Shown one piece after another: positions 10,263 to 25,200 of a DNA stretch of 64,000 nt. Source of the DNA: Balanoglossus misakiensis (Eukaryota > Animalia > Hemichordata); the NCBI GenBank assembly GCA_040954595.2, contig CM082581.2, positions 14,251,350-14,315,349 on the forward strand. The letters run 5' to 3'. Each line of letters opens with the position of its first letter. Position 1 is the stretch's first letter. Under the pieces are notes generated by a model, which was not told the DNA's origin, ran no database searches, and worked only from the letters and a program-made list of their open reading frames with translations. Position numbers and translations under genes: made by a program.

Positions 10263-13200
10263 TCATGTTTCTGGAAATGAAAATCGTGGCTTCGGCGACT
10301 GAACTTGGGGGTTGTGATTGCTACTGCTGACGCTTGGCCTGGGCGTGTCCACCGCACCGATGCTGACATCTTTGGGCGTCACTTCCCCCGACTGGATACT
10401 GGCTCTCTTGCTGGCAACGCTGCTCTTCCCATTGTGGCGGTTGCGGAATCCGGAGGCGCTGGTGATCCGGTCAATCTCCTCCGCCAACTCCACCACTTCT
10501 TCCTCCGTCAGATCGGTCTGTCCGGGAACCTTGGTGGCAGGAGGTGAGAGTACGCTATCACCACTTATGTCACTGTACGGATTAGTGTCAGTGGAGCTGT
10601 CAATTCAACGTGGCAAAGGATGAAAGACAGAGATCAACTCAAAATGACGGACACAAAGACACAGTGATGTGCACAGACAGGTAATGAAACATCCAGGTAT
10701 ACTTTTGAATCCTGACATTTTGGGACCTGTGACATCATGCATAAATTTACTTCAAAAGAAGCTTTAAAAGATTAAGAAATTGATGTGTAGAGTGCTTTAC
10801 ATTTACAAATTTGAATGATTTACATCATTAACTTGTGATTAATATAACATTTGTAATCTGTCTTGTCAAACTAGGATCTAATCACGCCAATCACTGTTCT
10901 TTCTGTGGATGTCTTGAAAAAATTAATTTTTTTTCTGACTTGTAAACAATAATTTTAGGCACATTTCTGTGAACCGTGACATTAATGATTTCCCTAATCT
11001 TGCGATCAATTTGTCTCATTTAATTTTGATGTGAAAGCTTTAGACATTAATATATCAAAGTGTACAAGAGGTTGCAACACATGACTCACTGTTCTGCATA
11101 CTTTAGAAAGTAAACAAGCTTTAATAAATAATTTATTTGATGGCATGGGGATCCCAGAAGTAATTCAAGCTCGCTTGTTTCTGTTTCATTCTGTTTTACA
11201 TCAGGGACATAATTGTGACATTATCTCAGACTCAATTAGAACATGAGAAGGATGGGTTTTTCAGTCAAATATGTACATGGCAGCACACTAAGCAGTGACC
11301 AGCAGCTGAGGAATGAACTCCACTGTTTTATTTTTTCAGTGTATATAACTAAAAGAGGTGCACAGATTACATGAAATTAATCTTTAAAAACACAGAATAA
11401 ATGGGGATTACAAGGAATTAATTTGAATTATGCAGGGTTGGCACAGGTTTCTAGGTTACATGGAATTTGTGCAGTTTGCCCTGATGCAGGTTGACTCAAT
11501 TGATGGTGCTGTAAATATGGTGTGTAAAACTAGAATCATTTGCAAATGTCCAAATGTCTCTGCATAAAGTTACATATGTATCATCTAACTCTTCTTACGA
11601 TTTTTTTCCATATTTAATTTTTAACAACAGCAAATGGTGAGGTTATGTTTCTGTCTTATTTTGCTTGGAGGAAACACAGGTGACAAAGTTCGTGTCAACA
11701 AAAGGAAAACTAATGATCTAAATATGACCTGTAGAAGTCCCATAGCCATTTGAACTTTCAAAAGAAAACTTTAATTTATGACATTTTATGAATTCCATTA
11801 TCCAAACAGCAGAGCCTACTAATGCATGAAAGAAGTCTTGGCACTTGAACATAATATTTCTGTCATCTGTTGTATTTCAGACTGTAACCTGAACCGTGGG
11901 CGGCAGTTTCAACTTACAGATCAGCTTAAGCGGACAACTGCTGAAGTTTTTACAGTATCGGTGATGGCAGAAATATGGAAAACATGCAGTGGTGTGCACG
12001 GATGCCGCTGTGTAGTGACACGAGTGTGGAGATGGATTACACGCAAATGGTTGGTTACAGTGATGTCATCAGAGAGGATGAGCGCTTAAGCCAACTTGAC
12101 GATATGCAGACGAATATGGGACGGTCATAAATGCACGTACGATGTACGTACCACGTCCCGAGCAAATACACATCAATGTGTGCAAGTTCTACATAATTCT
12201 GACTGGATATATTGACACTGTCTTCACTTATAAGTTGAGATTTACTCAACTCGACCAGCTGTTCAGCCAGTCATACACAGTACAACTTAACTCGTGGTTG
12301 TAAACCACAAAATGTTCTCACAATTACAGGTTGCTATAATCAGAGAACTAAACATGTCATTCTGCCTGCTTTGATTCCTGATGCAGGCTTGTACTACAAG
12401 ATTGCCTATTACAAATGAATGCCCATTAACCTAAATATATAAATCTGCCCGAACTGAACAGTTTTTCTATTAATGTCTCATTTAAACTATCATTTCATAC
12501 TTCTCAGTGTAGGGAAGATTCCTGGTTATGCTAGAAGTACAGAGGCATTTAGTCATGCCATCATTTCCATACTAGTGAAAACAATTGGTATGTTTCAAAA
12601 TAATGTTACTGATTGAAGGATTTAAGACAGACATGTATACTTACATTTTCTTTTCTGGAAGACTAAATTCTGAGTTGTTATTGTCTTTGCCAGGTTCTTC
12701 ATGTTTCCCTAGCAACCAATAAGTGAGCATGTCTCCCTTTCCCTGAAATTTGCAAAAAAGTTGATTTCATTACTCATTTCTGTTTGACTTTCAGCCAGCT
12801 ACTTGATGTACAATATCACATCATGCTTGATTATTCCCTATACATTACAAGAACAGTGTACAGTAACCAAGTGGATAGAAGATAATCAGGAAATATCAAT
12901 ATTCAGGGGAAAAAGACTTTTTGTAGCATATATGAAAATAGACAAAATCAACAAGAGAGAGATATTTCATACTTTAAATATTCAGACAGTTATTTGACTT
13001 TCATATTTCAATGTCATCATATTATAAATAGTAAGTCTAATATTTACAAATCACCCATTAAATATACAAGATAAAAATGATTGCTGGAATAAAGAACATA
13101 ATTGTGATAACCTGTGTGTGAACTTTGACTTTTCATAATTTTAACAATTTAGCCTCAAAGAACCATGAACTGCATTATATTTCAAACACTGTACTTTGTA

Positions 13201-16200
13201 ATACTTTTTGAATACATACTTTAACTGAAAGTTTTCCCCTGGACTGAGTGATGTAGCCACCTAAATCATCCAATATTAACTTTGTTGAATTATTGACGTG
13301 GATCTTGAGGGGTTCTCCGTGAGATTCCATCCGAGATGCTGTGTTGACGGCGTCACCAAACAAACAGTACCTAGGCATGGTTAAACCCACTACACCTGCT
13401 GCAACTGGCCCTGGCAAGAAAAAAAAATGAACACTCTATTAAATAACTATGTGACGGTTTCCATGATTTTAGTGTTGTGTCATATGCTATTGCACTTGTC
13501 AAGAGAGGTGTATCTGCTTGTTATTACATTTGTAAAAGCAATATCAACGTAAAAAGTTTATTGGTAAATTTTGATTCTTCATTCCAAACTTTGCATGATG
13601 CTTGTCTGTACTTTGAGATTATAGTGACATTATCACAGATGCTTCTATTCAATTAAGTTGAGCTGACAATTGAGCTGAAGAATTGTCAAGAAGCCTCAGG
13701 TTAATTAAATGAATAATATGAGAACTACTCAACTGTCAGAGTTTTGCACATTTGAGATGTTTTCAGCTGCATCTCTGACTATAATCAAAACCAGTCATCG
13801 AATAAATGCCGGTTGACAAAAAGTAACTTGATAAAAAGCAGTTTGAATGTGTTTAGCAAAGACGCATGTCAAACACAAAGCACCTGTATCCCAAGCAACA
13901 TAACTGGCAAACTCAAAACTGATCCCTATCAGCAAATTAACCTGAAATTTGAAGTTGATATTTATAGCCACATCAGGTTGATATCTCAGCCACTTGGGCT
14001 GATCAACTGTATCAATCAAAGCTGATACACTATCTCAGGTTGATACAATGGACAAACATACCTGAATTAATACCTATCCGCACTTGAAGTTTCTCCTTGG
14101 GTTTGTGTCTGATTCGAAAATGTTTGACGCCATCCAATATCGCTAAAGCCATGTTTGCTATTTCTCCACCGTGCCTGTTTCCATTTCTCTCAGGGAGTCC
14201 TGACACCACCATATACGCATCTCCGATCGTCTCAATCTTGAAAATAAAATAAAAAAAGATTGTATTACCATGTTCCAGAACTTTTTCATAGATACAGCTG
14301 GCTGACAAGCAGATGCCTTGTCCCAAGTAGGCCTTGGAAAAAGAGCTGTCTTAAGATTTTTTTCTGATGATGTTACTATACAAAAGCAAACAGCAATTAA
14401 ATCTTGCCCAGAAACCATGTTTCTTCAAGAAAGGGGAGTTGAAGTGACATCATGCACTTATTTAAAAAGTACTCCATTGCTGTCAATTGACAAAAAAAGA
14501 AAATGCATATGGCAGCTGATCTTAGTCAGAACGAGTGACAGACAGGCAGGCAAACAGATAGACAGACCAGCAAAGCACACTATAACTCTGAAGACTAAAA
14601 TTACTGACCTTATAGACATCAAAGTGACTGATGATGTCATCAAAGTATGTGTAGAGATCATTAAGGAAATCCACAACATCCATTGGTGAACTTGTGGCCG
14701 ACAATGTGGTAAATCCCACAATATCACTGAAGTAGATAGTGACTACATCGTAATACTCCCCCACTACTGCGTTGCCTCTCTTGAGTTGCTCAGCAACAGA
14801 TCTGCGCAAAATGAAATATATTGTCAGCATCTCAAGTGACCAGGCTGCTTTATGAGTGCTACTCACGACAGATTTGAAATGACCAATGACGATGCACTTT
14901 ATCCTAACAAGAAACAGACTTTTAAGACTCAAGAAAAACAAAAGTATAGTCTTCCATAAGAGTAAATGATAATCATGGTACATAACTTTGTGTAACTGGT
15001 GTGTCTTTTATGTCCTACTCCCTTTTTCACACTTCCAAAAATCAATTGGCCAGTGCTGATTTTCTATGGTATGATACAAGAAGTACTGTGATGGTTTGTA
15101 CAATGTTACATGAAGGGTTATAGTCTGGTAACAGAGACACTGCACAGTTCATCAAATAGCAGTTTAATTCTTCCTCAATCATTAATCAAAATCATGTTCT
15201 GTCAACATCAGGATAAGCTGTTTTAAATTAATATGAGAATTAGAGTGTGGAAAGCAACTACTAATGTATGGGGTTTTGTACAATGGCTTCTTTTCAACTC
15301 TTGATTCTGTTTCCAACTTACTCTTAATTACCCTTGCCAATCACTAAGGTAATACTACATAATATCAAGATTCCATGTCCAACCCAACACAATGGAGTAA
15401 AGTTTGCGTGCTAAAGTCACTTAAATCTCACACCCCAGACATTAAATCATCTTTGGTCATGATTTATCTGTTTCAAAGTTCCACCAAAAAATAAATCATT
15501 CTAACATAGTCATTATACACAGATCAGTTCATCATTATTTGCTTGGTTTGTATTTTATATGTTTGTCTCTGAGATATTAATCAGATTTCATACCTCCGGT
15601 TATTGGCATATCTGACATTTACTGATATGGTGCAATTTTACTCAAAATATTTCACAAACAAATGTTTGCATCACATAAATCATTTTACTTGTAATCGATA
15701 CATAGTTATTACTGGATGGTCAGATTGACATACTATCTAATTCTTTAAGATAGAGGCAATTTTAAGTTGAAGTCTCAGCACAGTGGAGCGATTACCCATG
15801 TTGAATATAAACATTCCAAATTTCCATAAATAATTGCAAATCCCTTGTTACATTTTGGGTAGAGTAAAACTACATGTACCCCAATTGCTCAACCAACCTC
15901 TTGATAACATAAGGATACTTACGCCGGTAACATTCTGTAGAGTAGTTGGTCTGTTTTTCTTTTCTCCTCTACAAGTTGTGATGTACGCTCAGCAACAATA
16001 CTTTCCAAGTTTTCTGTGTATTTTTCCAACATAAGCACCATGTTATCCATTAACCCTCTCTTCCTATAAAACAATGACACAGTAATAATAATTCAACTGA
16101 ATTTAATATTAATAATCTAAATGGCAAACTTCTTTGGCCGGAAATTACATATTTATTTTTCATTTCCTGATATTTTAACCTCTACTAATGAATCTTGCAG

Positions 16201-19200
16201 AGGTCAGCTTTGCCAGGTCTCCAAAATTCCACTATTTCTAATTATCATAGACATAACTGACCATTTTCGTCACCTGAATTATTACACATCTAAGTACCAA
16301 CTTCCATTGACAATCAGCAGACATGCGCAATATCAATATTTCATGTTAAATTAAACAATGCACATGACGCCACAGTGCCTTAATCTGAGGCAGAGTAAGT
16401 CACACTGATCTACTTTACCCCCGGAGAGAACTACTTTTTAATACGTTTAATTGTGTGGTAGTAGTAAGAATTAATGTCTTGACCACGAGGAGAACCGTTC
16501 GTTTTCGGGGGTGGATAGAGGATTTTTAAAGAAAAATTGCTAGGAGATGGAAAACGATGGATTGGCAATAAAAATAAATTGCTGTAACAATGGCTGAAAA
16601 AATTAATTGCTGATATAGCGAAATCCTCACCCTTCCGAAATAGAATGGTTCTTCCCTTACAGTTCGGTCGTTGACCTGGGGATGCAATGGCCTCCAAATG
16701 ATGGGTTATATGAAATGGTTAAAATAAAATAAAGACAAGTTAATAGCTCACGTACTTTCCCCTGTTCAGACTTCGAAGCTTTTGTCGTATAGTATAGAAA
16801 TCTGGTCTATCTTCTGGCCTTTCTTCCCAGCAGTGCTCCATCAGAGATATCAGCGACGGTGTGATATCAAGATGGCTCTCCGTCATGATTGATGGACGGA
16901 ATGGTGGGTCTTGTCTTTTCATCACTCGCCTTATAATTTCTAAAAGGGAAACGACAACGTATGGGTGTCACTTACAGACAGCGATAATCAAGAGGAACTG
17001 GATACTAAAGTCGACGGTGCTTCAGTTGTTTTCTTGTAAATGTTTCCATCTTTCTCCTGGCTATTTCCGCACGTGCACAGAGACTGCAGAGACTGGCGTG
17101 GCGCGAGGTTAATTCTAACCTAGTTGAGGAGTCTGACCTATATTCGTCCTAGCACACCTGTGTTGTTTACGTCATATTACCTCGGAAGGTAGGACAGGTT
17201 GTAGGGAGATTTATTAACTTGAGAGACCACACAGAGGGCACAAGAGAAAAAAAGTGAAAGTCCACATTAAAACTTATCAATGCACCTCACTTTGCTTCGT
17301 GGGCAATACTTTTTAAGTACCACGGCAGCAAAGGTAAGAATTACTTCCATGTCTATAAGCTTGACCATCTTTTACCTTTTGGCGACCCTTCCCAGGATGG
17401 ATATGGTCCAGTTCTGGTGAGGATCTCCTGCATTATAATTGCAAAGGAATAAACATCACCTTTCTGGCTTCCCTTTGGAGGAGATTCCCTTCGCAGTAAT
17501 TCTGGTGCTGTCCATAACATCCCTATGCACGTACGTGCACAAATCAAATGGTATATGTTAAAAGCGCGAATTAAAGCTTCTACAAATGTCTGTTACAACC
17601 CAAGACTTCCTCGAAACAGCAGAAACATAATTATGTTTAAAATATTGCTTTGAAAACGTCATCTGGTATACCAAAGACCATCATTGAAGATAAAAACATA
17701 ATTTTATTCGTGCACTGGAACATTATGACTATTGCGAAAGCAGGATGAACGAGATACGAGCATGCGATACACACATAGCCATTAGAAAAGGACCTGCACT
17801 ATAAATCACAGAGATGATGATAAAAAAAATACGAAAATGAATCGTAGTTCAGGTCGACTTACTTCTAAATCTGGCTTCGCTTTCCTTCTCCTTCGCCCTT
17901 TTCCTCTCAATTTCATCGGCTATGAGACCATAATCAGCCACTTTTAAGACCCACCGACTGTCTATCAAACACCGAGTGGACTTCAACATGCCATGGGATT
18001 TTATTTCTGTGCTGTGCAAATAGTGCATTCCCTGCGAAAAGCATACCCATCCATATAAGGAGTCGTCGGAGATTACACAGCAACTTGTGGCAAAGCTATT
18101 GAACTTTAATTATTCCAAAAGTAGAAGTGGGAATACCGAAGTTTCGTGAATTTTTACGGGAGGTCCCGAGTTCTAATCCCATGAGATACAAGTACAATAC
18201 TAACCCGTGCTAAATCATCCAAGAAAGAGAACTTAAATGTCATGTCCAGTCTGATGTCGTCATTCTCCAGTATATCCATGAGAGCACCTTTTGGACAGAA
18301 CTCTGTTACATAGTACAGCATATCGTTGATCTTTGGATCGGGCACGCATATACCGATGAAGCGATTTACACTGTCGTGTGTCACCTGCCGCATCTGTCAT
18401 GAAACAGAGATGAAAATAGTTTGGAACTCTAACTTAAGATCCAGAATAATTACCTTCTGATGTATACAAATTAATCGATAATCACTTGAAACTCGCGCAG
18501 CAACAGGCAAGATGTCGGTAAGCTTAATTCAAAGCACAGAGAACGGTTTAGCCTACATCTTAATCCCTACACTTACTCTTCCCAATTCCTTCTTCATGTC
18601 ACCGTTGAGGCTGAACTGCTTCATTTGAACTCTCTTCACCGCAACAGTCTGAGCATTATAGATGGCCAGTGCAAAGTCTGAATCGCCATGGAAACCTCTG
18701 TTTACGCCTTGTAATGAACTCATTGCCGATGGATGGCTGACGTTTCGATTCAGTTTAAACTTAGAGATGTGACTGTGCAGCTGCAGAAGAAACATAATGC
18801 ATTTCCTTTTAATATACGTTACTTATATTTTTATATAGGCCTATAAATTTCACATCGATTGTTTTTGTCCGGTATGTCTCTCTGCGGTGTATGTCTGTGT
18901 GATTTGTAGGAGTTCTGTATTAGACAGCTTTACAGGGAACATCTTCCTGTGTCCGGTGGTTTTAATCTGCATTTGCTTATGACTAGATGATCCAAAGGGG
19001 GCTTTAATGATTTTCAATCAAAGATAAAGTTATTAAGACTAAATATACACAGAGGAAGAGCAAACTGTGTTAGCGACGCGTCCTTAAACGAAAGGGAAGT
19101 ATAAACATTTAATAGCAAGTTAGCCTTGGCAGAACCACCACTCTTATGATTTATGAGTATTCATTTTGTACCATCTGGAATATTCTCATACTATCCCCAC

Positions 19201-22200
19201 ACTTCTATACATGCCTGGCTTTTATATTATAGCACCAAGATTACTGATTTTATAGGTTATTTCACAGAAAACGAAAGTATCCGAATCCTGAAAAGTTGAA
19301 TGCATCTCGACTCGATATTATCTCTGGTGATATTATCCTTCTAGTAAACCTCTGGCTTTGTGGGTCTTTGACACTTACTCCGCTGATTGCAGTGAAATCA
19401 CTGGCACCTGGTCCACTCGACATCAGTTGCAGATCATCTGGATTCAGTAACCATTGTCTTTTCTTAATAGCTTCCTTGTGGTACCTGAAACTAAAACAGT
19501 CGCGATGTGCACGGTTCAGTATTGAAGACTACAAACTTTTCCAGGGTATATTAGCCCTAAGTCAAACAAGGACTGCATCGCCAATTTCTACATAATGACA
19601 ATCTTGCAGTCCAATTATTTTTAATATTCACAGGTTACAACACACTTATTTTCATTTTCAGTATACTACTTGCTACCCGCTAGTGGCGTCACGAAACTAC
19701 AAAATGATACTTGATCAATGATGATACGTACGCAAACATGGCGGCTATGATAATAGCGATGACGGCAGCCACTATACCAACAGCTAAAGCGACGATCTGA
19801 CCAATACCTACAGCATGGAACAAAACCACAAATATTAAAGTATAAGCTTAACAGGGAGCTTTCGGTTGCTATGAGGGGGTGGGCCAGGAGTAATTGGGCA
19901 AATCCATCATATAAAGTGTGTATTCTTGATAAATGTCAGCAGCTGGAAATATTACACTGAATGATAGTGCAGAGTATGTAAACCTGATGCCAAATCAGAA
20001 TAAAAGGGATACTAGTCCCATGTTCTAGTGTTACCTACCCCAGCAATATTCGCCATGGAAACCACACCTTGGACTGTCTTTTGGAACGCCACGGCCGGGC
20101 CAATCTATGACACCATTTTGAGCCCTCTCGAAGGTATAGTTAAAGCCGTCCATATATGCCACAATTGAGAATACCGACCTGTTGTTGGGGTTCATCTGTA
20201 ACAAAGATAAAATGGTCAATACTATCCTTAATGGGTATGTGACACCTGGTTATTATGATCACGACGAAGTTTCTCTGGGCAAAACAATCAGTGCAGAAGA
20301 CATTCATTTTCACAGTCATTTCCTTACCTTTAGATCTGTCAGGACAAACATGGATCTCCTGTCCCCTTCATTATCCATTACTACGTTCCCTGTTACACCT
20401 AAAAGATGATATAATTTTGAAGGTAAAAAGCGCATTTCCCCCAAAATACGCAAGCGAAAACTTGAAGAGGTCAACTTAATTTTCAGTCAATTTCAGCGTA
20501 AATGAATGATGTTCTCGCATCTTATGTAAACAAGACAACTGGAATGTCAATGTTATACTAATTACCTTCAAATTCGAAATCTCTCATATTTTCAGCAATA
20601 TCATATGGGTCTTCTAATGACTGTCCGCGTTCCATTGTTCTGTTCAGTGCATGGGCATACAACAGCATCGCATCGTAGAGATAACCAGCCATCACACTAG
20701 CCTATGAAGTAAAACAAAAAGCCCAACCATATTGTAGCACCCATGGAACAGGGACATATAAAGACTGTTTTAATTGGAGTTATTATGTGATTATTATCTT
20801 GCATGTCAAATACCACAGATACCTTGTATTCCGTGACATTGAGGTAGAAAGGCGGCTCTGCCATCCTGGGTATGATTTCACTCATGAATGCCCCGAAGCC
20901 ATCCCTCCATGGTAAACTAGATGCAAAAGAGATAAGTTTCAGATGAGTAAAATAAGGATACCATGACATTACTTATGCAAATTTGATCGACATATTTTAC
21001 ATACGAAAAGGATACTCCTCAAAAATCAAACTTACTCAAATGTGACGTGTAACATGGCCTGGTATGATTGCAACAGCTCCTCTTCTTTGTCGATCAGAAA
21101 CGGGGTCCACGGCGCCCAGTATTCTGTTCTCGGTCTGTCGCTGAAGATCTCGAAGTTGATGAAGACAAAATCGCCATTGGTCATACCCTCCGTGTAGGCT
21201 GCATACATCAGCATTTGTTCGTTATCATCCTGTACCACAACGGTGCCGACAATCGTGAATATAACTGCAAAGAGAATACAAGAGTTTATGTTGATAAAAC
21301 AATCACTGAACACAGTTTCTTTATTTTGACGACTTGTGTGGATGTTATAGCTAATATCTCACCGAGAGACCATTCTTGACTATTACCAGATGCAGACTCG
21401 GCTTTCACGTACTGACAGACAAGAAAACTATAAAACAAATTTGATGAGCTAAAGTTTCGAGCGTAAAAAGTTATGTCATTGAATGGCTTTCGCAGCTGTC
21501 TAAATGCAAGGTTGAAGAAATGTTCGTAACCGGTCTGGTGATGACGTGTTTGAGTATTGGCTTAGCAGCTCAGGACATGACAGAATAAGAAACACACATT
21601 GGCCATCGTGTGTCGCCAAGTAGTTTGTGCCATGTATAACTGGCAAATTATCTTTGATCCAAATCTGAACAGTTAAAGCAGTTGAATGGCGACCACAAGG
21701 CAATACTGAGCAACCAAACCCCCGGAAGTTCTCCAGCAAGGACTAAACGTTGCCACCAACACCTGGATAAGCAATAATGCACTACCATGAATCACACGAG
21801 TCCTTTCGTTCATTGGACTGCCACATCATTTTCGAATTATCTGAGCAAAGTCCATTTCAAACACACTGACATATGTAGAGTCCCACTTACTAATCACTGG
21901 GCGTGCGAAATTCGTATTATTTACAAACAAAACTAAACCCACTGGAGATCTGTGCCCTGACGCATTAGATGCAGTCATCGGGATTGAGCATGATTTACTG
22001 CATCATCAGTTGCTCATTTACACCATTATAAATCAAGACAATAAAAAGTGCGCTATGTTTGGAAACTATATGACACGACCAAACATTTGGAAAAAAGCTT
22101 TCAGGCTTACATTTCTCATGAATCATTGCAACGTCACATCAATTTTTTTAAGGTTCTGAGGGTATTAAATGGCCCTCAGCAAACACGTTTTCACTGAATC

Positions 22201-25200
22201 AACGAAATGAGTGTAGTTTACTTCGTGTAAATGTATCAGAAATGTTATTTCTAAGTACTGGTGAGAGTAAAAACTGTTAAAAGCAGCCGGAGAAAAACCA
22301 ATTGGCCGTGCGTGTTGTGGATGGGGGCTTTGCCAACTCCTTTCTTCAGGATGGTTCATGATTTATGGCTGTACGTATTGGGTGTACTTGTACCATCATT
22401 AGACGCTCTTGCACTGCCAAAGAATCTCTGCAACACAGTTTCAATGGTGAACGTAGCACTGAACTAACACATTTGCCGTATTTCTGGTATGCCCCGAGAA
22501 TGCCTGGGCGTCCTTTCGAGAATTTGGCGTGACCTTGCAGAGAATGCCACACAACGCGTGCCTTTCAGCTAGCCTAGTCATCTTCATATCGATAGAGTGT
22601 ACAGAAACTGTGGTAACTCCAATGCTTATGGGACCTGACTAACACACAGATGTCTGTAATTGAATTATGCACCCCAGGGCCCGACAAGACCTGGGGTTGG
22701 GGGTCAGGGTGGTCGGGCTTTTTATGCAGTAACTATAGAGGTGTGCATATGCCTCAGAGGAGGGTATAATTTTTCAGTCACTTTTTTGGCCAGAAGTGAG
22801 TAACGATTGCGGGGGGGGGGGGGGGGGCTGATGCAACGAACGCGTGGCAGGTGTCGGATCGCTGGCGCGCATAGAAAACCCTTTCCGGTCATTTCAAGCT
22901 TCATTGCAACGGCTGTTCCAAACTACGCATGTTGTTCTCAAGTTGCGAAAATATGGATGTAAAACGCATTGCTTGACATCATTGAAGCCGTTCACAATAC
23001 CAGTAATGCATGGTGTATTTATCTCTTAAATTTACATTACTGCCCAGCATCACATTCGGGAAGTGTGGCAACACAAAGCTTAGAAAACGGAAAGGGGACA
23101 ACTATTGCAATGGAACCCCTCCTTAACCAATGCATTTTTTCGCAGACCGTAAAACAAGATATAAATTCCTACTAACTACAAAAGGGTGGGTTAATCATCT
23201 TCCTATGGCGTGTTAATTCCTAAGCAAAGTTAAAGTTTACGGTCTTGGTATGTGTAATATTGTCGCGGCTTCTAAATTGAGAAATTTCAAATGCATAATT
23301 GTAGATGTTACTTGTCGATTGGCCAAAGAACTTCGTTCAAACGAGCAAGGTCAATGGGAAGGTTATATATTTGCGTCGTTCCGGCAAGGGTCAACTTTAT
23401 ATAAAGTCTACCTACATGTATACCATCTCTCCTTGTAATGACTGAAAAGTCCCATAGTGTCGTAAATAATTTTGGAGATATATCATTTCAAGATTTTATG
23501 TAATCATTTTCGTACTACGCCGTTGATATGTGAGTAGTTACAAGTAGACAATGCTTCACCGTGCTATAAAACTGTCGCGGCGGTCGAACCATAAAACTGT
23601 TAAATTGGTTCCGTATCACGAGATGTCTAAATATATCAAAGAAATGTGGGAATTAGTCCGTCTGTATACCGCCTGCTTTTCGCGATCACCCTCAACATTG
23701 CCTAGCAATAGAACCGACACCAAGCATTTGCGTGTGTGTGCATGTGTGTTCTACTTGTTTTATTCTTGAGTGTTCTGTCTTTGTTTGCTTGTCGACTAAC
23801 ATAAAAAAGACAAAATAACAACGACAAAACTAACTCCTAAGAAGTGAGGCAAAACTCCACCTGTGCAGGCCTTAGTCAAATCACTTAACAAACCCAACAT
23901 ACTCAGAAACCAAAACACCAATAGCAGAGACAGTACATACCGGACCAAGGTCATACTCGTAGCATAGCTGATTGAAATTTATGATATAAACAGTTGATGT
24001 CCTTCAAAGTGTACTTGGTGGATAATGAAGCACTGCTGGGATCTATATGTACTAATATTGATGCAGACTCTCACTAAACTGACACGTAAAGAAGCCCCCC
24101 CCCCCCTCCAAAGCAAAGCAATATGTACCGACTGTCTATACAGCTCGACGTACCAGAAAAACTATGTAGACCACAGAACGACAGAATGTTCGCCGATCAA
24201 GAACCATACATTTTTTGTCACACAAAGAACTATGATGAGTTTTCTTAATTGGGAATTTGGGTTTAGTAAACCTACTATTGCACAACTTGATTTGATTCTA
24301 TTTTCAAAACACACACGTGACCTCTCGTCTTTACTTTCATGCCGTGGTTACTTGATATTTTACCCTGGTCGATCACCCCGCGGATCGTTATCAGTTTGCA
24401 AACGGACATCGCTTGACTTTTCGCCCGTACTCGGGACTAATTTGGTCGGTAATTTGAGAAATGAAAACTTCGACAGGTCGAGGTTATGCCACGCTACCAA
24501 AACACTACGTAACCAATGTCATAAATTTCCACAGTAAAATATTTATAAATCCCAGTAAACTGGTTCACATCAAAAGCTGCGTTTTATTTTTAAACATCGA
24601 TACAGATTTTATATTTGGGGCCGTTTTCCATGAATGCTTATTTCATGTATATAAAGTTAAACTTAGAATTACTTCTTCTTTATATTTTACCTATACTTCC
24701 CTGTTTATTCTTGTTTATCGTCTATTTACCCTTAGAACGACGGCATTGTGAAAATCACTCGTAAATTATTCTGAACAATGAAGATAAATTGCCTAACACA
24801 CTAGTATTTCTTACAGAACGTGTTCGGAGAGGAACGTCTAACGAGTACACCATGCCTACGGGGCTATGTATACAACATAAAACATAAGATATACAATGCA
24901 AGTTATATTCTCAGTGTGTATTGATGATATTACTTGCTCATTATCTTGATTAGCTGGGGACTAAGGAATTCCAATGTCTCGTATAGCTGAAAGGTTATGA
25001 CGGGGTTACGCTTCACTGTGGTCCGTGATTTAAATGACCGAAACTTCAAGTGGGAATTGGTGCACAAGTCGACAAAATTGTGGACATGGGGGCATGTACA
25101 CGTAGGCAATGCATAAGATTACATGGCAGCTATGTTCAATGCGTGCACGCTCTCAGTGAAAATAATACTGAGGTGACGTTTCCTTTCTCGCTCCACAAAC

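Noticed and set aside
12055-12260. Possible alternative last exon of the guanylyl cyclase
   Set aside because: The required phase-2 entry hits a stop after four codons; the 10596 exon fits far better.
18159-18181. tRNA B-box-like GGTCCCGAGTTCTAATCCC
   Set aside because: No A-box or cloverleaf; at most a SINE scrap.
24025-24537. 170-aa plus-strand ORF in the guanylyl cyclase intron
   Set aside because: Runs through a poly-C tract and has no motifs; not supportable as coding.
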